Shown here in pieces: positions 18,533-27,372 of a DNA stretch of 59,458 nucleotides. Positions within the stretch are counted from its first letter, which is position 1. Every line of letters starts with the position of its first letter. A model generated the notes under the pieces. The model did no database searches, was not told where the DNA came from, and worked only from the letters and a program-made list of their open reading frames with translations. The DNA comes from Parcubacteria group bacterium. GTDB lineage: Bacteria > Patescibacteriota > Minisyncoccia > Phycocordibacterales > Phycocordibacteraceae. The stretch lies in contig JAQBQV010000016.1 of assembly GCA_028286825.1 (NCBI GenBank), positions 1-59,458 of the forward strand. The letters are read 5' to 3'. The position numbers were made by a program, and so were the translations under genes.

Positions 18533-18539
18533 CCACCTA

Positions 18540-19631
18540 ATGGCAACCACAAAGGACTATTACAATGTGCTTGGCGTCGATAAAAAGGCGACTCAAGACG
18601 ATATCAAGAAAGCGTTCCGCAAGCTCGCGCATAAGTACCATCCCGACAAGGGCGGCACTGACGAGTCAAAGTTTAAAGAGATCACAGAGGCCTACTCGAT
18701 CTTAAGCGACGAGAAGAAGCGGCGCGAATACGACGCGTATGGCCAATCATTCCCAGGCGGGAATGGTCCAGCAAATGCCGGAGGTAACCCGTTTGCGGGC
18801 TTTGACTTCTCTCAGTTCCAGCAGGGATTTGGCAACGGAGGGGCCGACTTCGACTTTGGTGATATTTTTGGTGACATCTTCGGGGGCCGAAGTAGCTCGC
18901 GCGGCGCCCCAAGAGGCCGCGACATTTCAATTGATCTTGAGATCTCATTTAAAGAGGCGGTGTTTGGTACGGAGCGTACTGTTCTCCTCGCTAAGGTCTC
19001 CACATGTCAGCACTGTAAGGGCAGTGGAGCAAAGCCGGGTACTGATCTCGAGACCTGTACTACCTGTAACGGTGGCGGTCGCGTACACGAAACCCGCAAC
19101 TCAATCCTGGGCCAGTTCACCTCGGTTCGCCTATGCCCGACTTGCGAGGGTACGGGCAAGATACCAAAAGAAAAGTGCCCAGAATGTAAGGGTCATGGAG
19201 TGAGGCGTAAAGAGGAGGAGATTAAGATTAACGTTCCAAGCGGTATCGACAACGGTGAGATGATCCGCATGCCACAGCAGGGAGAAGCGATTAAGGGCGG
19301 TACTTCAGGTGATCTCTATGTAAAGGTTCACGTGAAGCCGCATGCTGTGTTTCGACGAGACGGCGCAAACTTAATAATGGATCTTCCTGTGAAGCTCACC
19401 GACGCACTCCTCGGTACTACGGTACCTATTGAAACACTTGAGGGAAACACGTTGGACATTAAGATCCCACCCATGAAGCGTGCAGAAGAATTACTCCGCG
19501 TAAGTGGCAAAGGCATTCCTGGGGAGGGAGGGCGCGGCGACCTCATCATCCGTCTTGAAACGGCACTCCCACAGAAGCTCTCAGGTTCAGCACGTAAAAT
19601 CATCGAGGACTTAAAAGGCGAGGGTTTATAA
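18540..19631 (+). CDS. dnaJ: molecular chaperone DnaJ
   Basis: J-domain start [13 protein letters not shown]...HPDK, a G/F region, and four CxxCxGxG zinc-finger repeats. The 18390 extension is unsupported. Confidence 0.95.
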   Translation: MATTKDYYNVLGVDKKATQDDIKKAFRKLAHKYHPDKGGTDESKFKEITEAYSILSDEKKRREYDAYGQSFPGGNGPANAGGNPFAGFDFSQFQQGFGNGGADFDFGDIFGDIFGGRSSSRGAPRGRDISIDLEISFKEAVFGTERTVLLAKVSTCQHCKGSGAKPGTDLETCTTCNGGGRVHETRNSILGQFTSVRLCPTCEGTGKIPKEKCPECKGHGVRRKEEEIKINVPSGIDNGEMIRMPQQGEAIKGGTSGDLYVKVHVKPHAVFRRDGANLIMDLPVKLTDALLGTTVPIETLEGNTLDIKIPPMKRAEELLRVSGKGIPGEGGRGDLIIRLETALPQKLSGSARKIIEDLKGEGL

Positions 19632-19659
19632 ATTCGGGAAATGTACTGTCATCTGATTC

Positions 19660-19688
19660 GGGTGGTCTAACAGCCACCCTGTTTTTTA
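19660..19688 (+). terminator. intrinsic terminator after dnaJ
   Basis: gggtgg-tctaacag-ccaccc followed by tgtttttt. Confidence 0.8.
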
Positions 19689-19841
19689 TTCCACACACAG
19701 CGTCTTGACAGAATATGTAAATAGCTCAATATAGATATATGGCACAGACACATCAGCATTGTTTCCTTACAAAGCTTATTCCCACCACTGGTGGAGGCTT
19801 TGTGCGTGTCTAGAATCTCAAGAGAAAATTCCAGATACACC

Positions 19842-19875
19842 CGAGGTCTTCACTAGAAGACCTCGATTCGTTTTA
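19842..19875 (+). terminator. terminator-like hairpin upstream of the 58-aa ORF (possible attenuator or sRNA end)
   Basis: cgaggtcttc-acta-gaagacctcg followed by attcgtttt. Confidence 0.5.
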
Positions 19876-19903
19876 GCTCATTCACCGACAGAGGAGACCT
19901 ATT

Positions 19904-20080
19904 ATGGCAGACAGGGAAAGTCCGGAAACCGAACTGGTCGAAACAAGTCACCAGGCCCCGTGCACAGAAATTACCGTTATTACACCGCTTCAAACCGACG
20001 CTGAATTACACGCCATCCTTGATCGGATGGAACGCAACTGGTACCGTGACCGTGACCCATACTGCTGTCATCTCCAATAA
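19904..20080 (+). CDS. 58-aa hypothetical micro-protein
   Basis: Not in the ORF track. GAGGAG lies 7 nt before ATG 19904. Translation is MADRESPETELVETSHQAPCTEITVITPLQTDAELHAILDRMERNWYRDRDPYCCHLQ. It is flanked by a terminator-like hairpin upstream and a GC hairpin downstream. Confidence 0.35.
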   Translation: MADRESPETELVETSHQAPCTEITVITPLQTDAELHAILDRMERNWYRDRDPYCCHLQ

Positions 20081-20106
20081 GTACAGCGCCCTATTGAATA
20101 CCGTTT

Positions 20107-20140
20107 GGCCGCCGATTTATCGGCGGCCGCATCTTGTTGT
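20107..20140 (+). terminator. GC-rich hairpin with a weak T-tract
   Basis: ggccgccga-ttta-tcggcggcc followed by gcatcttgttgt. Confidence 0.5.
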
Positions 20141-20185
20141 ATACTAGTGATATATCCTAGCTGCAATGCTTAATTACAATCATTT

Positions 20186-20827
20186 ATGTCAAAAAAATCG
20201 TCTTGGGGGTGGTGGGTTGGGGGAGGGCTTGTCGTGCTCGCGCTTTGGTGGGTGTATGCCCACCGTGTACCGGTCGGCAGCTCAACGCCGGTCACGACTC
20301 CAGTCACCGTCACTGACCCAACAACGCTACCTGGGATCCAGACGGGCACGGCACCATGGGGGCCGGAAATAGCGAATCTTGCACTACGCCTGAGAGCCGA
20401 CGGCCTTCCAGAACTTACCATGGAGGGTCAGGTGCTCCACATTCACCAGCATCTAAATCTTTTTATTAAAGGCCAATCAGTGACGGTACCTTCCCATATC
20501 GGCATTAACGAAGCCGCCGGTTGGCTCTCGTCGATCCATACGCACGACACGCGCGGTGTGATTCACGTCGAGTCTCCCTACATGGCGACCTTCACTCTTG
20601 GAGAACTCTTTGATGTGTGGGGAGTTGCGTTCACCGCTTCAAGAATCGGCGGCTATGAGTCTACAGCAACGAGCAGTCTCAAAGTCTACGCAAACGGCAC
20701 CCTCTATACCGGCGATCCACGCCTCCTCGAACTTGCGGCTCATCAAGTGATCACGATTGTCTATGGCACTGAGGGCGAGGCTCCAAAAGTTATCCCATCC
20801 TCGTATGAATTCGCGCCGGGAGAATAA
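20186..20827 (+). CDS. membrane-anchored exported protein with His-rich motifs (HIHQH...HTHD...IHVE), hypothetical, possibly metal-binding
   Basis: N-terminal TM (WWVGGGLVVLALWWVY), a Thr/Pro linker, then a conserved-looking His cluster. Confidence 0.6.
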   Translation: MSKKSSWGWWVGGGLVVLALWWVYAHRVPVGSSTPVTTPVTVTDPTTLPGIQTGTAPWGPEIANLALRLRADGLPELTMEGQVLHIHQHLNLFIKGQSVTVPSHIGINEAAGWLSSIHTHDTRGVIHVESPYMATFTLGELFDVWGVAFTASRIGGYESTATSSLKVYANGTLYTGDPRLLELAAHQVITIVYGTEGEAPKVIPSSYEFAPGE

Positions 20828-20908
20828 CCAGCCACTTTACAGAACAATGAGAGTGATATACTGAGTCTTTAGAAGCTCTTCATACCTACCACAAAGAGAG
20901 GCCAGAAA

Positions 20909-21484
20909 ATGCTCGCTATTCGGCAGCTATTACGCAGTTGCAATAATGTGTTGTCCGCACTGCCAATCGCCATCTTTCTCAGAAGGAAACTGTTCTTGTA
21001 TGGCGGCCTCGTCGTTATCAGGGCTATCCAAGTTTCGAAAAAGCGAATGGTCCATCAGGGACAAAGACTGAAATCGGTCGGTCGAAAACTCGAAGAGCTA
21101 GGCGAAGATCGAACTGCACGCTGGAGTAGGGAACTGTTGCTCCGGTGCCATATGAGAAGTGTGGAATTCCATATGAGTGGCGTGATCTATCGCGGTCCCG
21201 TCTATGCCGTGTATCAAAGTCTGATTAACGGCGACCATCTCGTCTTCAAGTGCAACTGGATTGGTGTATCTCACATTGAGTCCATTCGCGCGACAAAGCA
21301 ACAGGACTATTGCGGCTCATGTGCATTCCGCCTATCAGGCTGTACAGGACCAGTAAAGCTGCAGAATGGTGACTACTATTTCGGCTTTGACGGCGGCTAC
21401 GGCGTACTCTTTCTGGGAAGCCCGCGCCTTCGCGAGGAGTTTTTAGGCGAACAGGAAACGCCAAGGGAGTTTGCGTATTTTTAG
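20909..21484 (+). CDS. hypothetical protein
   Basis: The longest frame in this interval. A weak GAGAGG lies 7 nt upstream and a 12-bp-stem terminator follows. Start is uncertain. Confidence 0.4.
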   Translation: MLAIRQLLRSCNNVLSALPIAIFLRRKLFLYGGLVVIRAIQVSKKRMVHQGQRLKSVGRKLEELGEDRTARWSRELLLRCHMRSVEFHMSGVIYRGPVYAVYQSLINGDHLVFKCNWIGVSHIESIRATKQQDYCGSCAFRLSGCTGPVKLQNGDYYFGFDGGYGVLFLGSPRLREEFLGEQETPREFAYF

Positions 21485-21500
21485 GCCAATACGTTGGTCA

Positions 21501-21535
21501 AACAGGGTGGCAAATTGCCACCCTGTTAACTTTTC
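21501..21535 (+). terminator. intrinsic terminator
   Basis: A 12-bp stem aacagggtggca/tgccaccctgtt followed by aactttt. Confidence 0.75.
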
Positions 21536-21572
21536 GCACGAAGAACTTAAAAAATGCTATATACTTGATACT

Positions 21573-22097
21573 ATGTCTAGCTCAACAGCTGCATTCGCGC
21601 AAGTGACGACTCTCGCGACTCACACTGCAAGTAGCGCATGGAATATCGCCAGCGACTTCCTAATCATTCTTGTACTTGTTGCCTTCTTTTTTGCCTTTGC
21701 GTGGTATGTCGGCCGCGGGCCCTTCGTTGCGATTATGCTTTCGTATTACGGCGCGTACGCTATCTATATGACATTTCCGTATGAAAAGTTTTTGCCTCAG
21801 GCACCAGCTCTGACCGCACTTCTCGCACACGCAGGAGTGTATGCAGCACTTGGTTTTGGGTTCTATGTCGTTCTACGTCGCGTTGTTGTCTCTGACTTCC
21901 TCTACGTGGGCAATATCGGCCTTATCGTACTCTCGTTCCTCGCATCAGCTTTTTTGATCGCTCTTGCGTATCACGTTTTCCCGGTCGCTACCGTCTACCA
22001 CTTCACGCCTGCACTCGACATTCTTTTTGCAGCAAAAGCGTATTTCTTCTGGTGGTTTGTCGCTCCTGCCGTCGGCCTCTTCTTCCTCGCTCGCTAA
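21573..22097 (+). CDS. integral membrane protein (about 5 TM), hypothetical
   Basis: Start at MSSSTAAF (ATG 21573), 7 nt after a TATACT box. The protein is strongly hydrophobic. Confidence 0.55.
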   Translation: MSSSTAAFAQVTTLATHTASSAWNIASDFLIILVLVAFFFAFAWYVGRGPFVAIMLSYYGAYAIYMTFPYEKFLPQAPALTALLAHAGVYAALGFGFYVVLRRVVVSDFLYVGNIGLIVLSFLASAFLIALAYHVFPVATVYHFTPALDILFAAKAYFFWWFVAPAVGLFFLAR

Positions 22098-22104
22098 GCT
22101 TCTG

Positions 22105-22113
22105 TGCTATAAG
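22105..22113 (+). promoter_or_regulatory. extended -10 TGcTATAAG, 6 nt before the ABC exporter ATG
   Basis: Read directly from the sequence. Confidence 0.45.
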
Positions 22114-22119
22114 TGGATA

Positions 22120-23910
22120 ATGCCAGATTCAAAAAAAGCGACATTTACGTGGAGAGAAAAGCGCGGAGCTCTCGCTCGACACTTAGCTCCTCATAAAAAT
22201 ACCATTCTCATCCTCAGTCTGGGTGAAATTCTTATGGCCGTAGGAAATGGACTCATTCCTTACATAACAGGTAAATTTTTTGATTCATTGGTGACGCCGC
22301 ATACCGTTGCGTTACATGTGCTTGGTGTGATCCCTGCCTGGCAAGTGATCCTAGCAACTTGGGCAATTTTTCAAATCCTAATATTGGGTATTAATACGGT
22401 ATTCGATCGAAAAGAAAGATTACTTAGAACTCAGCTCGAAGCTCAAGTCCCCATAAGTGCGTTTGCTCACTTACTGACATTGCCCGTCTCATTCCACAAA
22501 AAGCAGCGAGTTGGTGAGATTACGGAAAATGTGAATCGCAGCGGGTGGATGTTAAGTGCCATAATGAACGCAACTTTATCGACTGCGCCTCAGTTCCTAA
22601 CTATTATTATCGGACTGATTGTTACTCTTACCATTTATCCAGCGCTATCTTTGGTCCTTCTCTCAGGAATAGGCGTCTATGCGTTAGTGCTTTTGCGCAT
22701 AATTCCAAAAACAACTTATTACCAAGAGGAAGGAATGGGCGCATGGAATAGACTGATGGGTGACGCACAGGATGCATACGCAAATTTTGTGACGGTTAAG
22801 CACGCTGGTGCAGAGTTTTACGAAAACAATAAAATCGCCACAGAATTTAAGGAGCGCACGTTACCTTTATGGCTTCGAATGGAGAACGTATGGAGCAATT
22901 TAAATCAAATACAGAGAATCGTTGTAGCGACCACTCAGGCTGCCATTCTATTTTTTTCGGTCTTCCTCGTTTCTGACGGTAAGATTACGATTGGAGATCT
23001 AATCGCATTTAATACTTATGCAGGTATGATTATCGGCCCATTCGTTCGCATTGGGGGGCAGTGGCAGACCATTCAAAACGGTCTTATTGCACTCGCTCGT
23101 GCAGATAAAATCTTTAAAACGCCATCGGAAGTGTATGAACCCTCTGGGTCATCGCGATTTACTGATCTTGAGGGCAATGTGACTTTCGACAAAGTTCATT
23201 TTACCTATGAATCAGATCAGCCTGAGGTGCTTAAGGGAGTTAGCTTCGCAGCAAAAGCCGGTGAAGTAATTGCCTTTGTTGGCGAGACTGGCGTTGGCAA
23301 ATCGACGACTGTTGATCTCATTTCTGGTTATTATTTCCCCTCGCAGGGTACCGTAACGATTGATGGTCAAAAAAGTACCGATATTAATTTGATTGATCTT
23401 CGTCGCAATATCGCTATTGTTCCTCAAGAAGTGGTGCTCTTTAATGCCTCGATTAGCGAAAATATACGCTATGGCAGACCAGAGGCAACAGACGAAATGG
23501 TGCGCGACGCAGCTCGGAAAGCGCATGCCGACGGGTTTATTGAAAAGTTTCCACGGCAATACGACCAGGAAGTTGGCGAACGTGGCATTAAACTTTCCGT
23601 AGGACAGAAGCAGCGAGTGGCAATTGCAAGAGCGATACTTAGAAACCCTCGGATTCTTATCCTCGATGAACCGACCTCAGCGCTTGACGCAGAAACTGAA
23701 CAATATATAAGCAAATCCTTTGATGAACTCATGAAAGGTCGCACTACGTTTATTGTTGCTCACCGACTCTCTACTGTACGCAAAGCGGACAAAATCCTGG
23801 TACTTAAGGATGGTCAGATCGCCGAACAAGGAAATCATGCTGAACTTATGGCACGGGAGAGCGGCTTATACCGCAAACTCTATGAACTCCATATCGGGCT
23901 TCACGAATGA
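22120..23910 (+). CDS. ABC transporter, fused permease/ATP-binding protein (type I exporter, MsbA/MdlB-like)
   Basis: Six-TM N-terminal half. Walker A GETGVGKST, signature LSVGQKQR, Walker B ILILDEPTSALD, and H-loop AHRLS. Confidence 0.9.
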   Translation: MPDSKKATFTWREKRGALARHLAPHKNTILILSLGEILMAVGNGLIPYITGKFFDSLVTPHTVALHVLGVIPAWQVILATWAIFQILILGINTVFDRKERLLRTQLEAQVPISAFAHLLTLPVSFHKKQRVGEITENVNRSGWMLSAIMNATLSTAPQFLTIIIGLIVTLTIYPALSLVLLSGIGVYALVLLRIIPKTTYYQEEGMGAWNRLMGDAQDAYANFVTVKHAGAEFYENNKIATEFKERTLPLWLRMENVWSNLNQIQRIVVATTQAAILFFSVFLVSDGKITIGDLIAFNTYAGMIIGPFVRIGGQWQTIQNGLIALARADKIFKTPSEVYEPSGSSRFTDLEGNVTFDKVHFTYESDQPEVLKGVSFAAKAGEVIAFVGETGVGKSTTVDLISGYYFPSQGTVTIDGQKSTDINLIDLRRNIAIVPQEVVLFNASISENIRYGRPEATDEMVRDAARKAHADGFIEKFPRQYDQEVGERGIKLSVGQKQRVAIARAILRNPRILILDEPTSALDAETEQYISKSFDELMKGRTTFIVAHRLSTVRKADKILVLKDGQIAEQGNHAELMARESGLYRKLYELHIGLHE

Positions 23911-23916
23911 TATAGT
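23908..23916 (+). promoter_or_regulatory. extended -10 TGaTATAGT, 6 nt before the tyrS ATG
   Basis: It overlaps the ABC exporter stop codon. Confidence 0.5.
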
Positions 23917-23922
23917 ATTCCC

Positions 23923-25176
23923 ATGAACCTAGGCGAAGACCTGAAGGCGAGGGGGCTCATCGAGCACCACTCAGCACCAGTAGAGCAGATACTTTCGCAG
24001 TCACGAACCGTATATGTGGGCGTTGACCCGACGGCGGACTCGCTCCACGTGGGACACCTCACGTGGGTACTCCTTATGAAGCGGCTCGGAGACGCCGGCA
24101 ATAAGCTGGTATTTCTTGTCGGAGGTGGCACCGGTATGATCGGCGACCCAAAGGAAAAAGGAGAGCGCCCCATGCTCGACGAAAAGACCGTCGCTGGGAA
24201 TACCCGAGCCCTTAAAGCACAACTTAAGACTATTCTCGGTCGTACCTCTTTTAAAATGGTCGACAACGCCGACTGGCTCACTTCAGTAAAACTCATTCCT
24301 TTTTTACGCGATATCGGTAAGCACTTTACAGTCAATGATCTCGTGAAGCGCGATATCATTCGTCGGCGGCTTGAGACGCCTGACGAAAGCATCTCTTACA
24401 CTGAGTTTACGTACTCACTTCTCCAGGGATATGACTATCTCGAGCTCAACAAGGAGTATGGGGTTGACCTACAGATCGGTGGTTCAGACCAGTGGACGAA
24501 TATACTTTCTGGAGTTGACCTTATTCGAAAGCGTATGGGCAAACAAGTCTTCGCACTCGGTATGCCGCTTGTAACCGACTCAAATGGGAAGAAATTTGGC
24601 AAATCAGAAGGCAATGCTATCTGGCTTGACCCCAAGAAGACCTCACCTTTTGCTTTTTATCAATTCTGGCTCAATCTTCCGGACGCAGAAATCGATAAGT
24701 ATTTGAAGGTGTACACTTTTCTGCCGCTCGCTGAAATTGATGCGCTACTCACGGCTCACAAGCAGAGTCCGGAAGAGCGCCAAGCTCAAGAGACGCTCGC
24801 GCGACTCGTTACTGAGATCGTACACGGCCCAGCAACCACTGCGCAGGTAGCAGCAGCGACTGACGCACTCTTTGGTACCACGCCCTTTAGTGAACTCTCG
24901 CGTGACGCACTCGCAGTTGCGCTCGCTGAGGCACCAAGCGTCAAGCTCTCTAAGAGTGATTTGAAAGAAGGCGCTTCGTTTACTGAAGCTCTTGTCGCAG
25001 GTGGTCTTGCCTCGTCAAAGTCTGACGCGCGTCGCCTCATCGAAGGGAAGGGGATCACGTTATCAGGCCAACCAATAGTGAACCCCGACCAGAAGATTTA
25101 CCTAAACGATCTCCCTGGCGGATACGCACTGGTTCGTAAAGGCAAACAAGGCGTCCTCGTCCTCGTACTCAAATAG
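23923..25176 (+). CDS. tyrS: tyrosine--tRNA ligase
   Basis: HVGHL (HIGH), KFGKS (KMSKS), and a C-terminal S4-like domain. Confidence 0.97.
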   Translation: MNLGEDLKARGLIEHHSAPVEQILSQSRTVYVGVDPTADSLHVGHLTWVLLMKRLGDAGNKLVFLVGGGTGMIGDPKEKGERPMLDEKTVAGNTRALKAQLKTILGRTSFKMVDNADWLTSVKLIPFLRDIGKHFTVNDLVKRDIIRRRLETPDESISYTEFTYSLLQGYDYLELNKEYGVDLQIGGSDQWTNILSGVDLIRKRMGKQVFALGMPLVTDSNGKKFGKSEGNAIWLDPKKTSPFAFYQFWLNLPDAEIDKYLKVYTFLPLAEIDALLTAHKQSPEERQAQETLARLVTEIVHGPATTAQVAAATDALFGTTPFSELSRDALAVALAEAPSVKLSKSDLKEGASFTEALVAGGLASSKSDARRLIEGKGITLSGQPIVNPDQKIYLNDLPGGYALVRKGKQGVLVLVLK

Positions 25177-25251
25177 CTTTCTTGAGGACAGGTGGCCGGT
25201 GGTGTGTTAGCTTATCTATGGCATCTCACCATTGACCTACAGGAGGTTCCA

Positions 25252-25560
25252 ATGAGCAAGAGATTAGTTGTCTTCGCAGTCATTGCCAGTGTTGTTGCGC
25301 TCTTTGGCGGCATCAGTTCAGTCGAATTGATCGAGGATCAATACTACACAGGGGCTTATGCTGACTGGTGCCTTAGAGGCCAGCAAAGCGCCGAAAAAGA
25401 TGCAGTTTGGGGCTTTGCGATTCGTGCTGTGCCTACTACCTCTGACACCAGGAACGATTCGACCTCCTTGGCAGAAGAGACGATGACATTCGTGATGTGT
25501 TATCAGGACGCTTGGCAAAGAATCCAGAAAAGGAGCAGCATGGTCGAGAAGATCTCGTGA
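25252..25560 (+). CDS. small membrane-anchored hypothetical protein
   Basis: AGGAGG at 25241-25246 lies 5 nt before the ATG. It has an N-terminal TM, and a terminator follows. Confidence 0.5.
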   Translation: MSKRLVVFAVIASVVALFGGISSVELIEDQYYTGAYADWCLRGQQSAEKDAVWGFAIRAVPTTSDTRNDSTSLAEETMTFVMCYQDAWQRIQKRSSMVEKIS

Positions 25561-25575
25561 CCGACAAGGAGCGCC

Positions 25576-25602
25576 CGCCCGGCTTTGCCGGGCGCCTTTT
25601 TG
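25576..25602 (+). terminator. intrinsic terminator
   Basis: cccggc-ttt-gccggg extended by GC pairs, followed by ttttt. Confidence 0.7.
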
Positions 25603-25643
25603 GGCTTGGCGGAAGCCTCTTTTATTAGTACTATGAGAAAATT

Positions 25644-25727
25644 GCGTCGATGGCGGAGTGGTCAATCGCAACAGGCTGTAAACCTGTCGGACATAGTCCT
25701 ACGAAGGTTCGAATCCTTCTCGGCGCA
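25644..25727 (+). tRNA. tRNA-Tyr (anticodon GTA), bacterial type with long variable arm; CCA not encoded
   Basis: Hand-folded. Acceptor gcgtcga/tcggcgc, D-stem gcgg/tcgc, anticodon stem acagg/cctgt with loop ctGTAaa, variable stem ggac/gtcc, T-arm gaagg-ttcgaat-ccttc. Confidence 0.9.
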
Positions 25728-25763
25728 CATCGAACGTGCCACACAGGCACGAAATCACCCCGT

Positions 25764-25794
25764 AAAAAAAGCCCAGTAATACTGGGCTTTTTTT
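25764..25794. terminator. bidirectional terminator after tRNA-Tyr
   Basis: aaaaaaagcccag-taata-ctgggcttttttt. Confidence 0.85.
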
Positions 25795-25870
25795 ACATCA
25801 TTCTCGCGTTTCTAAATCTGTCCTGTTGGAACCAGTGCAGGACTCGAATCTTCTCGAAGAGGGCTGGGTG

Positions 25871-27040
25871 TTAATGATCAAATCTGCTGAACTTGAAAGC
25901 ACTTACATCGATAGTACTTTTGCCCTCAAGTGCCCACTGAGATAATGCTTCTCCTATTGCTGCAGAGTGTTTAAATCCGTGTCCCGAACAAGGAGAGGCA
26001 ACCATAACACTTTCTTGGCCAAGTAGTGTGTCGATGACGAATCCAGAATCAGGTGTGACGGTATATAAACAGGAAACAGCCTTCAAACACTTGTTCTTTA
26101 TTCCGGGCAAATAAGGGCGCAGATACTTTTCAAACATGTCCTGCTTCTCTTGATCGGTAACATCCCTGTTCACTTCGCTCGGCGTAGTCGTTACAAGCAG
26201 CTCCTCAGACGCTGCTTTAATACCGCCACCCTCGCCATCGACTGCCGGAAAGCCATAAAACTCATTACCGTCTTTCGGTTGAATCATGAATACTGGGAAC
26301 GTGCCTGGCAGATACGGATCAATTGACCCTTCAACATCAAACCAGAACATTACTTGTCGATAGACTTTGAATAGGTCTTTGTACTGCGGCAGGAGTTCTC
26401 CAATCCATGGGCCGGCAGAGAGAATGAGCTTCTGAGCGATATATTCGTTCGTATTGGTTTTCACCGATACAGTGCCGTCTGGAAGAGACTTAAACTCTAG
26501 AAACATCTCATTGAAGTGAAGATCGGCTCCGGCTTTTTCAGCCAAGTCGAGTTGCGTCTGAACGCAAACTTCCGGACGCAAGAAGCCAGCCTCCTCTTCG
26601 TAGTAACCCCACTCGTCATCCTTGAAATGGAGCTGAGGGAAGCGGGTTCGTAATTCATCGATACTCAAGACAGAGTGGGCGATGTCGTACTTCCTAGCCA
26701 CATCTATAGTGTTCTGCAAGAAATAGAATTGGCCATGAGAGATTTTCGGCTGTTTCGATTCGATGATCAGACCACCCGAGATGGTCAGTAGCTGTTTGCC
26801 GGTCTCCTTTTCAAGTTCGCGCCATATTTCATATGATCGAAGCGCGAGTGGTACATACTCCTCTCCCTCGCCAATTGCTTGGCGAGTTATGCGTGTGTCG
26901 CCATGGGTAGAGCCTAGATTGTGGGGCGACTTGAACTGATCAATGCCGATAACGGAAGCTCCTCGCTTTGCGAGCTGGTACACAGTCGCGCTTCCCATTG
27001 CACCAAGGCCTACAACGACCACATCTGCGACATCCTTCAT
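25871..27040 (-). CDS. FAD-dependent amine oxidase of the monomeric sarcosine oxidase / N-methyltryptophan oxidase family
   Basis: N-terminal dinucleotide fold VVVVGLGAMGSATVYQLAKRG and the C-terminal SPCSGHGFKHS motif (covalent-FAD Cys context). Confidence 0.85.
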   Translation of the reverse strand: MKDVADVVVVGLGAMGSATVYQLAKRGASVIGIDQFKSPHNLGSTHGDTRITRQAIGEGEEYVPLALRSYEIWRELEKETGKQLLTISGGLIIESKQPKISHGQFYFLQNTIDVARKYDIAHSVLSIDELRTRFPQLHFKDDEWGYYEEEAGFLRPEVCVQTQLDLAEKAGADLHFNEMFLEFKSLPDGTVSVKTNTNEYIAQKLILSAGPWIGELLPQYKDLFKVYRQVMFWFDVEGSIDPYLPGTFPVFMIQPKDGNEFYGFPAVDGEGGGIKAASEELLVTTTPSEVNRDVTDQEKQDMFEKYLRPYLPGIKNKCLKAVSCLYTVTPDSGFVIDTLLGQESVMVASPCSGHGFKHSAAIGEALSQWALEGKSTIDVSAFKFSRFDH

Positions 27041-27046
27041 TATTTA

Positions 27047-27090
27047 AAACTCTACAGGAATTGAGAATGTTTGCGAGTGCCTGTAGAGAT
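27047..27090. promoter_or_regulatory. symmetric divergent promoter region: 9-bp inverted repeat CTCTACAGG-N21-CCTGTAGAG
   Basis: Each arm supplies cTGTAGAG(t/a). The box lies 8 nt before the oxidase ATG (27040, minus strand) and 6 nt before ATG 27096 (plus strand). Confidence 0.4.
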
Positions 27091-27095
27091 GGGGC

Positions 27096-27305
27096 ATGCC
27101 TATATCCAAAGAAAGCCTAGAGGAGTTTCGAGAGATTTATCAGAAGGAGTTCGGTAGACGCATATCCGAGGAAGACTCGCTTGAGATGGCGACGCGTTTG
27201 ATCAAACTGTACATGATCATCTATCGACCGCTGTCAGGTGAAGACTCTACGCCGCCATCGGGAGATCATCCTGCTTCTGATGCTTCTTTTCCAACTGCCG
27301 AATAA
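27096..27305 (+). CDS. small hypothetical protein (69 aa)
   Basis: Only the open frame and its promoter-like context support it. No motif. Confidence 0.4.
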   Translation: MPISKESLEEFREIYQKEFGRRISEEDSLEMATRLIKLYMIIYRPLSGEDSTPPSGDHPASDASFPTAE

Positions 27306-27372
27306 TTGCTAATGTTTGGAGCAGTTCTGGATCACGAGCCTGGTATAAGGTTCTAATTCTGTCCAGAGCAGT

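Noticed and set aside
19914-19927. The motif GGGAAAGTCCGGAAAC resembles the RNase P RNA CR-I motif (GAGGAAAGUCCGG), with ACAGAAA about 45 nt downstream.
   Set aside because: In RNase P RNA the P4 partner (ACAGAAnCCGGCUUA) lies about 250-300 nt downstream and must pair with the GUCCGG. No such partner exists here. The spacing is wrong, and the motif sits inside an SD-led ORF.
19759-20004. The 81-aa ORF from the track in the dnaJ-downstream gap.
   Set aside because: It has no SD or -10 in range, it runs through the leader hairpins and the terminator-like stem, and its composition is odd (Arg/Tyr-rich). The alternative 58-aa SD-led frame is more plausible.
19660-21535. Two terminators share the core (a)gggtgg...ccaccctgtt (19660-19688 and 21501-21535). 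I considered whether this is a repeat family.
   Set aside because: There are only two copies with about 10 nt in common and different loops and flanks. This is consistent with chance convergence of GC-rich terminator stems.
25644-25727. I considered whether tyrS and tRNA-Tyr lying 470 nt apart implies a T-box or other cognate regulatory link.
   Set aside because: There is no T-box-like leader upstream of tyrS, since its ATG is 6 nt from its -10 box. An unrelated ORF and a terminator lie between the two genes. The adjacency is probably coincidental.
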